IMG/VR virus record: IMGVR_UViG_3300016476_000460
Span: 1-33,110 of that record
Strand: one strand, 5' to 3'
DNA from: a virus
Lineage: Duplodnaviria; Caudoviricetes
DNA: 33,110 bases
Both the position numbers and the translations under genes were made by a program. Under the pieces are notes generated by a model that saw only the letters and a list, made by a program, of their open reading frames with translations, did no database searches and was not told the DNA's origin. Numbering within the stretch: position 1 is the stretch's first letter; each line of letters starts with the position of its first letter. Shown piece after piece: positions 16,150 through 23,647 of this stretch.

Positions 16150-16720
16150 TTTGTTCCTCTTTTATTAAATTCATATGCACCGCTACCAAGTGGCTATAAC
16201 CAACTGCGTGCGAACGCTTGAACTGATAACCATCGCTACCTTTGTCCCATACAGTTTTGTTTATTTCTTGCCAAGTCTTACCTATCAAATGTCGTTTAGC
16301 TGGTCTGATTACTGCTAGAAACATAGCTAAACGAGGGATACTATCTATTGGCTCAGGCATCTTTCTAATAGTATCATACTGGCCGTTCAAGTGTATCAAC
16401 TGTTCTACTATATCTCGTTTATCCAACATAGACCAATCTGGTTCACGCATCAAGTAATTTAAATGTTGCTCGCTTTTTACTTTTTCATAAACGTGAACAT
16501 TCAATATGTCAAGCTTAAAGTATCCTCGCTGTTCTGCTTCTTCATACGAAATAGCAGCCATATCGTTAATGGGATCATATGGTATATTACAAGGATAGAT
16601 ACCTGACGCATGTTTTCTGATAGGGGTAACATTTCTCATAGACGCAGGTACATGCTTAATCTTTTCTAAAATCAAGTCTCTATTACCAACGTCTATGTCT
16701 ACGTCAAAGTTTAGCTTCAT
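16136..16720 (-). CDS. Miniature DnaE/Pol III alpha-like catalytic core (194 aa)
   Basis: DVDID, KHASG, FKLDIL, IRP, YQFKRSHAVGY in DnaE order; start at TAATG overlap. Confidence 0.8.
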   Translation of the reverse strand: MKLNFDVDIDVGNRDLILEKIKHVPASMRNVTPIRKHASGIYPCNIPYDPINDMAAISYEEAEQRGYFKLDILNVHVYEKVKSEQHLNYLMREPDWSMLDKRDIVEQLIHLNGQYDTIRKMPEPIDSIPRLAMFLAVIRPAKRHLIGKTWQEINKTVWDKGSDGYQFKRSHAVGYSHLVAVHMNLIKEEQNDRT

Positions 16721-17085
16721 TAAATTCTTCTTCTGTATATTGAGTGCCATTTTGTATATTGAGTGCCATTTACCCACCACTCCTGTGTTCCGCTTGAATA
16801 GATAACAGCAGGTCCATCAGTGTGATGTCTTTTGCCGTCTACCCACCACGCCTGTGATCCATCTGCCCTTACAACAGCAGGTCCATTAGTGCGGTGTAGT
16901 TTGCCATCTACCCACCACTCTTGTGTTCCATCTGCCCAGATATGAGCAGGTCCATCAGTTCGATGCCAGTTGCCATCTAGTATCCACATCACAGTACTTT
17001 CATCCACGTAAATATCGTACCCCTGTAAGATATACCACATGTACCGCGCCTCGTCGATTTCAAACCAGTCGTTTAATTTTTTCAT
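16720..17085 (-). CDS. HRTDGPA-repeat protein, copy 3
   Basis: Three ~22-aa HRTDGPAV..DG.QEWWVDG units; real start MKKLNDWF. Confidence 0.8.
   Translation of the reverse strand: MKKLNDWFEIDEARYMWYILQGYDIYVDESTVMWILDGNWHRTDGPAHIWADGTQEWWVDGKLHRTNGPAVVRADGSQAWWVDGKRHHTDGPAVIYSSGTQEWWVNGTQYTKWHSIYRRRI
16733..16770 (-). repeat. 19-bp tandem duplication AATGGCACTCAATATACA(A/G)
   Basis: Two adjacent copies; changes the reading frame of the last codons. Confidence 0.9.
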
Positions 17086-17500
17086 TGAATTCTTCTTCTG
17101 TATATTGAGTGCCATTTATATACCACGCCTTTGATCCATCTGCGCCGATAACAGCGGGTCCATCCGTGCGATGCAATTTGCCATCTGCCCACCACTTCTG
17201 TGTCCCATCTGCCCATATAACAGCAGGTCCATCTGTGCGATGTAATTTGTCATCTATATACCACACCTGTGTTCCATCTACCCATATAACAGCAGGTCCA
17301 TCTGTGCGATGCGGGTTATCATTTATAATACACACCTGTGTGCTGTTTTTCTGGATAAGAGTCGTTCCATTCGTGCGGTGTCTGTTGCTGTCTATTTTCC
17401 AGTACACATAATTTTCACCAACGATAATAACATATCCCTGTAATATATACCACATGTACTGCTTTTCGTCGATTTCAAACCAATCGCTTAATTTTTTCAT
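17060..17500 (-). CDS. HRTDGPA-repeat protein, copy 2
   Basis: Four repeat units, first degenerate. Confidence 0.8.
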   Translation of the reverse strand: MKKLSDWFEIDEKQYMWYILQGYVIIVGENYVYWKIDSNRHRTNGTTLIQKNSTQVCIINDNPHRTDGPAVIWVDGTQVWYIDDKLHRTDGPAVIWADGTQKWWADGKLHRTDGPAVIGADGSKAWYINGTQYTEEEFNEKIKRLV

Positions 17501-17729
17501 TGAATTCTTCTTCTGTATCGTATTCTATATTATTTAAAAACCATCGACGATCACCATCGCAATATGTAATGGCAGGCCCGTCGGTTCTATGTACCTTACC
17601 GTCATATTTCCAGCGAATACGTGCTTCATAACTGTCTTCTACAAATTCAATTTCATATCCTTGTAGTCTATACCATATGTATTCTTGTTCGTTTATTTCG
17701 AACCAATCACACAACTTCACAGTCTTCAC
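17475..17729 (-). CDS. HRTDGPA-repeat protein, copy 1
   Basis: Single repeat unit. Confidence 0.75.
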   Translation of the reverse strand: MKTVKLCDWFEINEQEYIWYRLQGYEIEFVEDSYEARIRWKYDGKVHRTDGPAITYCDGDRRWFLNNIEYDTEEEFNEKIKRLV

Positions 17730-18289
17730 AATCTTAACCCTAAACCAGTAAGTTTTTGATAAGCATCTTGTAATACCAATGCTTGGTGTTCAGCATCTTC
17801 TAGAGCATCGTGTGTAGTTTTTGTTCCATACTTTTTATCTTTGAGACTTACACCAGCTATCTCATATATAGTTCTAGTGTCTCTGATAGTGTAAAAAGGC
17901 CAAGGTATTGGATTAGGTCTGTCTGTTAGTGTTTGTCTAAACGCTGATTCTAAAACTACAATATCAAATGATGCACCATTAGACCATACACGATCTTGAT
18001 TCCAACAGTAATGATAAATTACTTCCATGCAGTCTTTTAAGGGCATTCTGTCTTTTTCGCAAAACCCTGCGTCAATTGCTTCTTGTGACTGCTCACTCCA
18101 CCAACGTAGTGTATCTTCGCTAATATCTCTGTTGTAGATTTCAGTTTGATCTTCCATAGTGGGTTTCAGTAAAAGCCTGTCATACACACCTTTACTTTTT
18201 GGGTTGAATTTTACAATACCAATAGAAAGAATCACAGCGTTAGGTGTTGTGTCTAGTGATTCTATGTCAATCATTAAATGGGAGGGCAT
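17726..18289 (-). CDS. DEDDh 3'-5' exonuclease
   Basis: MIDIES, WSNGASFD, RDTRT, HDALEDA. Confidence 0.85.
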   Translation of the reverse strand: MPSHLMIDIESLDTTPNAVILSIGIVKFNPKSKGVYDRLLLKPTMEDQTEIYNRDISEDTLRWWSEQSQEAIDAGFCEKDRMPLKDCMEVIYHYCWNQDRVWSNGASFDIVVLESAFRQTLTDRPNPIPWPFYTIRDTRTIYEIAGVSLKDKKYGTKTTHDALEDAEHQALVLQDAYQKLTGLGLRL

Positions 18290-18290
18290 A

Positions 18291-18587
18291 TCATTCCCAT
18301 CTTAATTTAGCTAACATATATTCTTTATCCGTCTTTAAATAAATAGCTCGTTTGCTGTCTTTGCTATCGTTAGCCCAAGTCCATATTGGCCAGTCTGAGC
18401 CATGAGCCCAAGCATCGTGTAACTCATAACTATATCCCCAAATTGATTCACACCATTTTCTAAGTTCATTAAACTCCTTGATTGCTCTTACCTCACTGCT
18501 AGGACCTAAAGAAACATTGACTAATAACATATACTGATATATGTTACCGCCGTTATATCTTCTGTCTATCTTTTTAAAAGTTATCAT
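18291..18587 (-). CDS. Small paralogous family protein (WC.E...YMLAKLRWE)
   Basis: Shared motif; ATGA overlap start. Confidence 0.7.
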   Translation of the reverse strand: MITFKKIDRRYNGGNIYQYMLLVNVSLGPSSEVRAIKEFNELRKWCESIWGYSYELHDAWAHGSDWPIWTWANDSKDSKRAIYLKTDKEYMLAKLRWE

Positions 18588-18838
18588 TCGCAAAGTTTCC
18601 AATGTACATATATTTTATCGTTCATTGTAACACGTTTACTAGTCATCCACCAATCTTTTAGGTAACCTTTGTTGGGATATTTTTCCCATAACCAAGTTTC
18701 TAAAGCTTTAGACCAGTCACACTGAATGAAGATTTGTTCTTGCCATTCACCATTAATAAACATTCTTTTCTTGATCTCGTTGTTAGTGGGTACTATATCA
18801 ACGTGATTAACATATTGTACTAAGTTGTAGTCTGTCAT
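18584..18838 (-). CDS. Small paralogous family protein
   Basis: WL.E...DKIYVHWKL. Confidence 0.65.
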   Translation of the reverse strand: MTDYNLVQYVNHVDIVPTNNEIKKRMFINGEWQEQIFIQCDWSKALETWLWEKYPNKGYLKDWWMTSKRVTMNDKIYVHWKLCE

Positions 18839-18839
18839 T

Positions 18840-19196
18840 TTAATTCCATAGTAAACCTGCGACTGATGCCCATTTGTCTTTGCCTTTTCTGAACTTGATT
18901 ACAATTCTATCTAATTCTTCATCTTGATCTTCGTAACCAGGCGTGTAAAATGATCTGCCTAATTGTATTCGCCAGTTCCAATCTATGCCTTGCTTGCCCA
19001 CATTCTTTTCTAGCCAAGGACGCCAATGGTCGTTTGGATCGTTAGTAAGTGCTGATGTTTCACCACCATCACCATCATCATGAAGAACAACCCATTCTTT
19101 TTTAGGCCGCTTAACTTTTATTGTAGTACCTGGCATAAGTTTCCACCAGAGATATTCTATGAAGTTTATTCTGGTTTTAATTTCGCGCTTACTCAT
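18840..19196 (-). CDS. Small paralogous family protein
   Basis: WLEKNVGKQGIDWNW...LLW. Confidence 0.65.
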   Translation of the reverse strand: MSKREIKTRINFIEYLWWKLMPGTTIKVKRPKKEWVVLHDDGDGGETSALTNDPNDHWRPWLEKNVGKQGIDWNWRIQLGRSFYTPGYEDQDEELDRIVIKFRKGKDKWASVAGLLWN

Positions 19197-19370
19197 TTAC
19201 TGCCATCTCAACTTAAACCACATATATTCTTTTTCATCTTCAAATAAAAAGTAATAGTCTTTGAAGTGCCATTTACGAGACTCATTGACTCCTAATGTTT
19301 CTCTACACCAGTGTAGCCTGTTAACCACTTCTTCACCGCCTAGTAGTGAAACATCAATAGTATACTTCAC
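19197..19370 (-). CDS. Small paralogous family protein, 57 aa, missing from the ORF track
   Basis: Hand translation from GTG: MKYTIDV...HWCRETLG...FLFEDEKEYMWFKLRWQ*. Confidence 0.8.
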   Translation of the reverse strand: MKYTIDVSLLGGEEVVNRLHWCRETLGVNESRKWHFKDYYFLFEDEKEYMWFKLRWQ

Positions 19371-19566
19371 GCGAGCCTTCCCATCTCAACAAAAACCACA
19401 TATATTCTTTTTCATCACTAAATTCAAGACACCACTCATTTCCAATCAGATTGAAATCCCAATTTGGTTCATAGTGGCCACCGTGATATAAATTTTCTTT
19501 ACACCATCTATACATTTCAGCTCTTGTGTCGGGACAATAATGTTCCAAACTAAAAGTATACTTCAC
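19354..19566 (-). CDS. Small paralogous family protein
   Basis: RWCKENL...FSDEKEYMWFLLRWE. Confidence 0.75.
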   Translation of the reverse strand: MKYTFSLEHYCPDTRAEMYRWCKENLYHGGHYEPNWDFNLIGNEWCLEFSDEKEYMWFLLRWEGSREVYY

Positions 19567-19981
19567 GAGAACCTTCCCAGCGCAACTTAAACCATATCAA
19601 ATCACTTTCTTCTTTGAATGCGATAAAGAAATAATCTCCTCCACCTAATTCGTTTACTTCCCACTCATCGGTGTATCTATCTTTAATAACGCGCAATGGG
19701 TCTATCCTAAACTTACCTTTCAAGTTTTCTTTACACCAATTATATACAACGTAATGTCCATCAAAACCTAAATCCCAAAAGTACATGGTATGATCATGAT
19801 CAGTAATACGATGTACATAAGGATATCCATGAAAATAATCTTTTACTCTTGTGGCTCTGGGATTGTAATCAGGATCAAATCTTCTTTCGTATTGCGCTCT
19901 GTTTTCACAGCCATGCTTTTTTAAGAATCTCTTTTCTTGCCAATTAGCATAGATAGACTTTAGTTCTTTAATGTATTCCAC
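19550..19981 (-). CDS. Small paralogous family protein
   Basis: NWCKENL...FKEESDLIWFKLRWE. Confidence 0.75.
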   Translation of the reverse strand: MEYIKELKSIYANWQEKRFLKKHGCENRAQYERRFDPDYNPRATRVKDYFHGYPYVHRITDHDHTMYFWDLGFDGHYVVYNWCKENLKGKFRIDPLRVIKDRYTDEWEVNELGGGDYFFIAFKEESDLIWFKLRWEGSREVYF

Positions 19982-20253
19982 ATTCTTGCCTTGTTAATCA
20001 AATGTAATATGTCAATTGCTTCTTGTTCAGTTGATACGAACACACCGTGACATTCTTTATAATCATTATTCCAAAAATTATTATCACAACACGTAAGAAA
20101 AGTGAACCCTGCCTGATCTATACACATTATTGTATTCTTATTTGTCACATCATGTACTATATTTTTTATCTCTGATACAGAAATATTCTGGACTCTCCGC
20201 GTCCATTTAATCAAATAAGAATTGCTGTGTTTCTTGTACGTGAAGTCTGTCAT
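19960..20253 (-). CDS. Hypothetical protein, paralog of 20255-20581
   Basis: MxDFTY start, GV.V.TE..A..L...KARMW..LK end. Confidence 0.7.
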   Translation of the reverse strand: MTDFTYKKHSNSYLIKWTRRVQNISVSEIKNIVHDVTNKNTIMCIDQAGFTFLTCCDNNFWNNDYKECHGVFVSTEQEAIDILHLINKARMWNTLKN

Positions 20254-20254
20254 T

Positions 20255-20581
20255 TTATCGCTTCAACAATGCCCACATTCTTGCCTTATCTAATTCATCT
20301 ACTAGTTCTTTAGCTTGTTCTTCAGTGTATACAAGCACACCAACAATATGTTTCCAATGATAAGGTATGTAACGATCATCTTCGGGTAGTTGTGCATATA
20401 AGTTAAGTGATACAGTAACAAATCTGTTGTCTGTTGTTAATACCGTAGCTTCATGACCTTTAGTAACGTTAAAAGCTAACCCCAGTACCTTTTTGTAACT
20501 GTTGTTAAACTTTACTCTTGTATTTGCAGGAAACTTTACTACATATCCTTTAGTACTATTTTCGTATGTAAAATCTTTCAT
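20255..20581 (-). CDS. Hypothetical protein, paralog of 19960-20253
   Basis: Same termini. Confidence 0.7.
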   Translation of the reverse strand: MKDFTYENSTKGYVVKFPANTRVKFNNSYKKVLGLAFNVTKGHEATVLTTDNRFVTVSLNLYAQLPEDDRYIPYHWKHIVGVLVYTEEQAKELVDELDKARMWALLKR

Positions 20582-20582
20582 G

Positions 20583-20801
20583 CTAGTATTTTAATTTCAT
20601 CCACATTAAATGATCGTGTCTTATTTTCGCATATCCTAATGAAGATCCGTGTGTAGCGAAGCCATTTATATTCTTACTTTTTAAGAAATCATTAAACTTA
20701 TTTGAACCTATTAGTCCGTATTCTGTTTCGGATAAAAACTCTTGCCATAGTTCAGGAAACTCAGATATTACTTGAACATCAACATAATCCAAATCACTCA
20801 T
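20583..20801 (-). CDS. Small hypothetical protein (ends LMWMKLKY)
   Basis: ORF with family-like C-terminus. Confidence 0.6.
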   Translation of the reverse strand: MSDLDYVDVQVISEFPELWQEFLSETEYGLIGSNKFNDFLKSKNINGFATHGSSLGYAKIRHDHLMWMKLKY

Positions 20802-21013
20802 TGTGCGCTTAACCTATAAAGTACCAAGTCACTTTCTTTTGTGAAATATACATCGTATCCATACGCTAACTTGTAATCACTCCAATTAGAGTTTCTTTTA
20901 ATAAGATATGTTTTTATAGAGGGATATCTTTCAACAAAATTGACATACTCCGTGTAATCAAAGTCTTTTATTCTGGTTTTATAGGGCCAAGCCTTTTTAT
21001 TAAGTTGTCTCAT
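20798..21013 (-). CDS. Small paralogous family protein
   Basis: VYFTKESDLVLYRL; ATGA overlap start MRQLNKK. Confidence 0.65.
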   Translation of the reverse strand: MRQLNKKAWPYKTRIKDFDYTEYVNFVERYPSIKTYLIKRNSNWSDYKLAYGYDVYFTKESDLVLYRLSAQ

Positions 21014-21342
21014 TTTACTAAACCTAAAACAGTTTGATAATGTTCCCATGCTGCTTGCAAACTTGGATTGTTCTTTCTTAACCACTCTTCTTCTTCTATC
21101 TTGTAAAGATCAAGCGACAGTTTTTCTAATCCCACTTGGTCGAATTTGATTTCAAAAGTGTCGTGTTCTCTAGTACGATATTCTGCACTACTATAATACC
21201 ATGGTGTATCATCATATCGTACTTCTCTAATATAACGCGCTTCTCTTATACCGTATTTGTGTAAAGGTCTAAAATAACTATTCCTAATATTAACTTGTTG
21301 AGAATTTGAATTTCCGTAACTATTATATGTTGCCATTGTCAT
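21010..21342 (-). CDS. Hypothetical protein
   Basis: TGATG overlap start; ends NPSLQAAWEHYQTVLGL. Confidence 0.65.
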   Translation of the reverse strand: MTMATYNSYGNSNSQQVNIRNSYFRPLHKYGIREARYIREVRYDDTPWYYSSAEYRTREHDTFEIKFDQVGLEKLSLDLYKIEEEEWLRKNNPSLQAAWEHYQTVLGLVK

Positions 21343-21641
21343 CAACTCCACCTCAAAATAAACCATTCATAATCTTTTGATTGTTCAAACGCTACTCTGT
21401 TGTCAAACCATCTTACTTCACCAGTTTTATTTGCTTCGACCCACTCTTTAACTTCATCTAATCGTTGATATGAAATTTCAGCACCGCCCCAACCAGTAGA
21501 TAAAAGAAGTTTGTACGCTATTTCTTGGTCCATTGAGTGCTTTATGTTTTTTGCAAGTTCAGCTAAAACTTCATCATCAATTGCAGATTGCATATCAACT
21601 TTTTTGTCTAAGGTATACTTTGCATCTAATTTTCTTGTCAT
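21342..21641 (-). CDS. Small paralogous family protein
   Basis: EWVEAN...FEQSKDYEWFILRWS. Confidence 0.7.
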   Translation of the reverse strand: MTRKLDAKYTLDKKVDMQSAIDDEVLAELAKNIKHSMDQEIAYKLLLSTGWGGAEISYQRLDEVKEWVEANKTGEVRWFDNRVAFEQSKDYEWFILRWS

Positions 21642-21850
21642 TTAAAGGTTAGCTCATACCACATACGATCACGTTCGTCTTTTAAAAAGGCATGATTGTG
21701 TTCAGCGAAAATTACATACTCGCCTGTACAATTGCGTTCTATCCATTCCATCATTTCTTTTCTTTCGTTTTCATCAGAACTTAACTTTACTCTAGTAAAG
21801 TCTGGATTCATGACGTATAATCCATATTTAAAGTCATTGTCTGTTGCCAT
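21638..21850 (-). CDS. Small paralogous family protein
   Basis: EWIERNC...LKDERDRMWYELTF. Confidence 0.7.
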   Translation of the reverse strand: MATDNDFKYGLYVMNPDFTRVKLSSDENERKEMMEWIERNCTGEYVIFAEHNHAFLKDERDRMWYELTFK

Positions 21851-21851
21851 A

Positions 21852-22565
21852 TTAGTATCCAGCCTCTTTTAATAAATCTTTTACTTGCTTGACTGAATCT
21901 TTATTACGCAAAAACTTTAATGCCCATTGTTCAGGATTGATATAGTCAAATATCATTCGCTGTAAACCTTCATCTAAGCTTTCAATAAATTCAATACCAG
22001 ACACACTTTGAAACAACATCCATGGTGAAATCTTACCAAGAGTAATCTGATAACAAATGCGATTTTTACTACCAAAACGCAAGTAGTCATTAGCTTTTAT
22101 GTTTTCAGGTTCTGCTAACTTAATAGTAGTTTCAATACTTCTAGCGATAGCATCAAGTGGGTCTTCTTCGCGCAAGTAGTAAATCAAGTATCTGTTATAC
22201 ACTTGATCACTAGTCCAATTGTCAACTGATATCTTATTGTCTAACAACCAGTCTAGATATCTGGGAATGTTGATAGCATTGATATCAACACAGTAATTGC
22301 CAAACTTTACAAACGCAATGTAATATGCGCTTTTTGCAAAGTCTAAGTATGATTTTGGTTTTCTGGCGTTTGTGTTCTTTTGGTAAAAAGTAAGCCAGCA
22401 TTGAAACGCAATTCTGTTTCCAGCAGTGTCTTTGTCTCCAACACGGCGTTTAGTTTCGCACATGTGTTTGAACATAGACTGTTCGCGTTGGAACTCTTTG
22501 TTACAAAAGTCGCAAACAAAACGATCAGTTACCTGAGTCTCTTTCATACTGATCAAGTTCATCAT
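21852..22565 (-). CDS. Zn-finger-containing hypothetical protein
   Basis: CDFC-x12-H-x-C near the N-terminus; exact start uncertain. Confidence 0.65.
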   Translation of the reverse strand: MMNLISMKETQVTDRFVCDFCNKEFQREQSMFKHMCETKRRVGDKDTAGNRIAFQCWLTFYQKNTNARKPKSYLDFAKSAYYIAFVKFGNYCVDINAINIPRYLDWLLDNKISVDNWTSDQVYNRYLIYYLREEDPLDAIARSIETTIKLAEPENIKANDYLRFGSKNRICYQITLGKISPWMLFQSVSGIEFIESLDEGLQRMIFDYINPEQWALKFLRNKDSVKQVKDLLKEAGY

Positions 22566-23130
22566 TGGTTACCATTGTGCTCAAAAGTTCAATTTCATCA
22601 AGTTTTAATGTTGGGTAAATTTTAGCTAGTGCTACTTTTTTCTTTTGTACGGCTACAAATTCTTTAGCCACTTCTTCAATATCACTAGTACTAGCTTTTG
22701 GATACACTTTTTGATAGTATTCTTTTATGTCCCCAAGCTTTGCGTTTTCTTTTAACAGCGCAACTTTTTCACTTATCTTGGGTATCCACTTATGATATAC
22801 TTTACCCATGCCAGGACTAGCTGCACACAACATCAACCACTGTAGTTTAGCATGATCATGTTCTTTTGACGCAATCATATGGTCAACTAAATGCATGTTT
22901 GCATGATACTGGACACTCTGCAAATAGTAAGATTGTAAATCTTTGTTTCCTTGCAAGCCGCTTATCCATTGAATAAGTTGGTATGGCACAATCTTTTTCT
23001 TTTGATCGTCTGTTAGCCTATCATAGTAGCCATAATCTTTGCTGTCAATAGCGGCTAGAACTTCAAACAAGTTTATGTCATTTTTTTCTAGCGTATCTTC
23101 TTTAAGCTCTTTGGGTTTTTTAGCAGACAT
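22525..23130 (-). CDS. Probable clamp-loader small subunit (gp62-like)
   Basis: Size, replication context and general resemblance (PY.L..W.S...N...LQW..L....G); recalled, not verified. Confidence 0.45.
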   Translation of the reverse strand: MSAKKPKELKEDTLEKNDINLFEVLAAIDSKDYGYYDRLTDDQKKKIVPYQLIQWISGLQGNKDLQSYYLQSVQYHANMHLVDHMIASKEHDHAKLQWLMLCAASPGMGKVYHKWIPKISEKVALLKENAKLGDIKEYYQKVYPKASTSDIEEVAKEFVAVQKKKVALAKIYPTLKLDEIELLSTMVTNDELDQYERDSGN

Positions 23131-23633
23131 TAGAAAATTTTCCCATAGTCAACTATCTCACAGTTTCTACTAATTTCTTTGACAAAGTACAAGCATCTGG
23201 GCTTTTCACCATCATCAATGGGAACACACAAGAACTGACCGTTTCTTAGACGAGGAGAGTACCAAGTTACGTCTTGATAAATGTCTACGATTTCTATAGG
23301 AAGAAAGTCAGGAGCATATGATGTAAGTGGATTGAATTGAAACGCATTGAACCCTCTGTCGTTTACACTAGATAGAGGAAGAGTTTCTAAATCACCGTGT
23401 TCTGCTTCACCAATCAAAATTTGCCAATCAACTGGCATCTTGATTTTTCTACCACCTACTTGCAATACAACAGCAGGTGAGTTGAACGACTCTAAAAATA
23501 TCAGAGGGATAAAATGAAAGTCTGGGTTCTGTGGATTAGAGTTGTCTAAAATTGAAAACTGTAATTCATCAATCTCTTCGGGAAGAGATTCTAGGTTGTA
23601 AAAAGTGTTGGTATCTAAATTTAATATTCTCAT
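23130..23633 (-). CDS. Hypothetical beta-rich protein, possibly a degenerate Hint fold
   Basis: ORF clear; fold call is pattern inference only. Confidence 0.55.
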   Translation of the reverse strand: MRILNLDTNTFYNLESLPEEIDELQFSILDNSNPQNPDFHFIPLIFLESFNSPAVVLQVGGRKIKMPVDWQILIGEAEHGDLETLPLSSVNDRGFNAFQFNPLTSYAPDFLPIEIVDIYQDVTWYSPRLRNGQFLCVPIDDGEKPRCLYFVKEISRNCEIVDYGKIF

Positions 23634-23647
23634 GTGTGTATTATACT

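Noticed and set aside
16720-17115. ORF-track N-terminal extensions MALNIQKKN on two ORFs (starts 17115 and 16780)
   Set aside because: They are alternate-frame readings of the duplicated NGTQYTEEEF junction; real starts are more likely 17085 and 16720
16720-17729. Diversity-generating retroelement TR/VR pair or CRISPR array
   Set aside because: Repeats are in-frame coding units, differences are not confined to adenines, and there is no reverse transcriptase, spacer pattern or cas operon in the window
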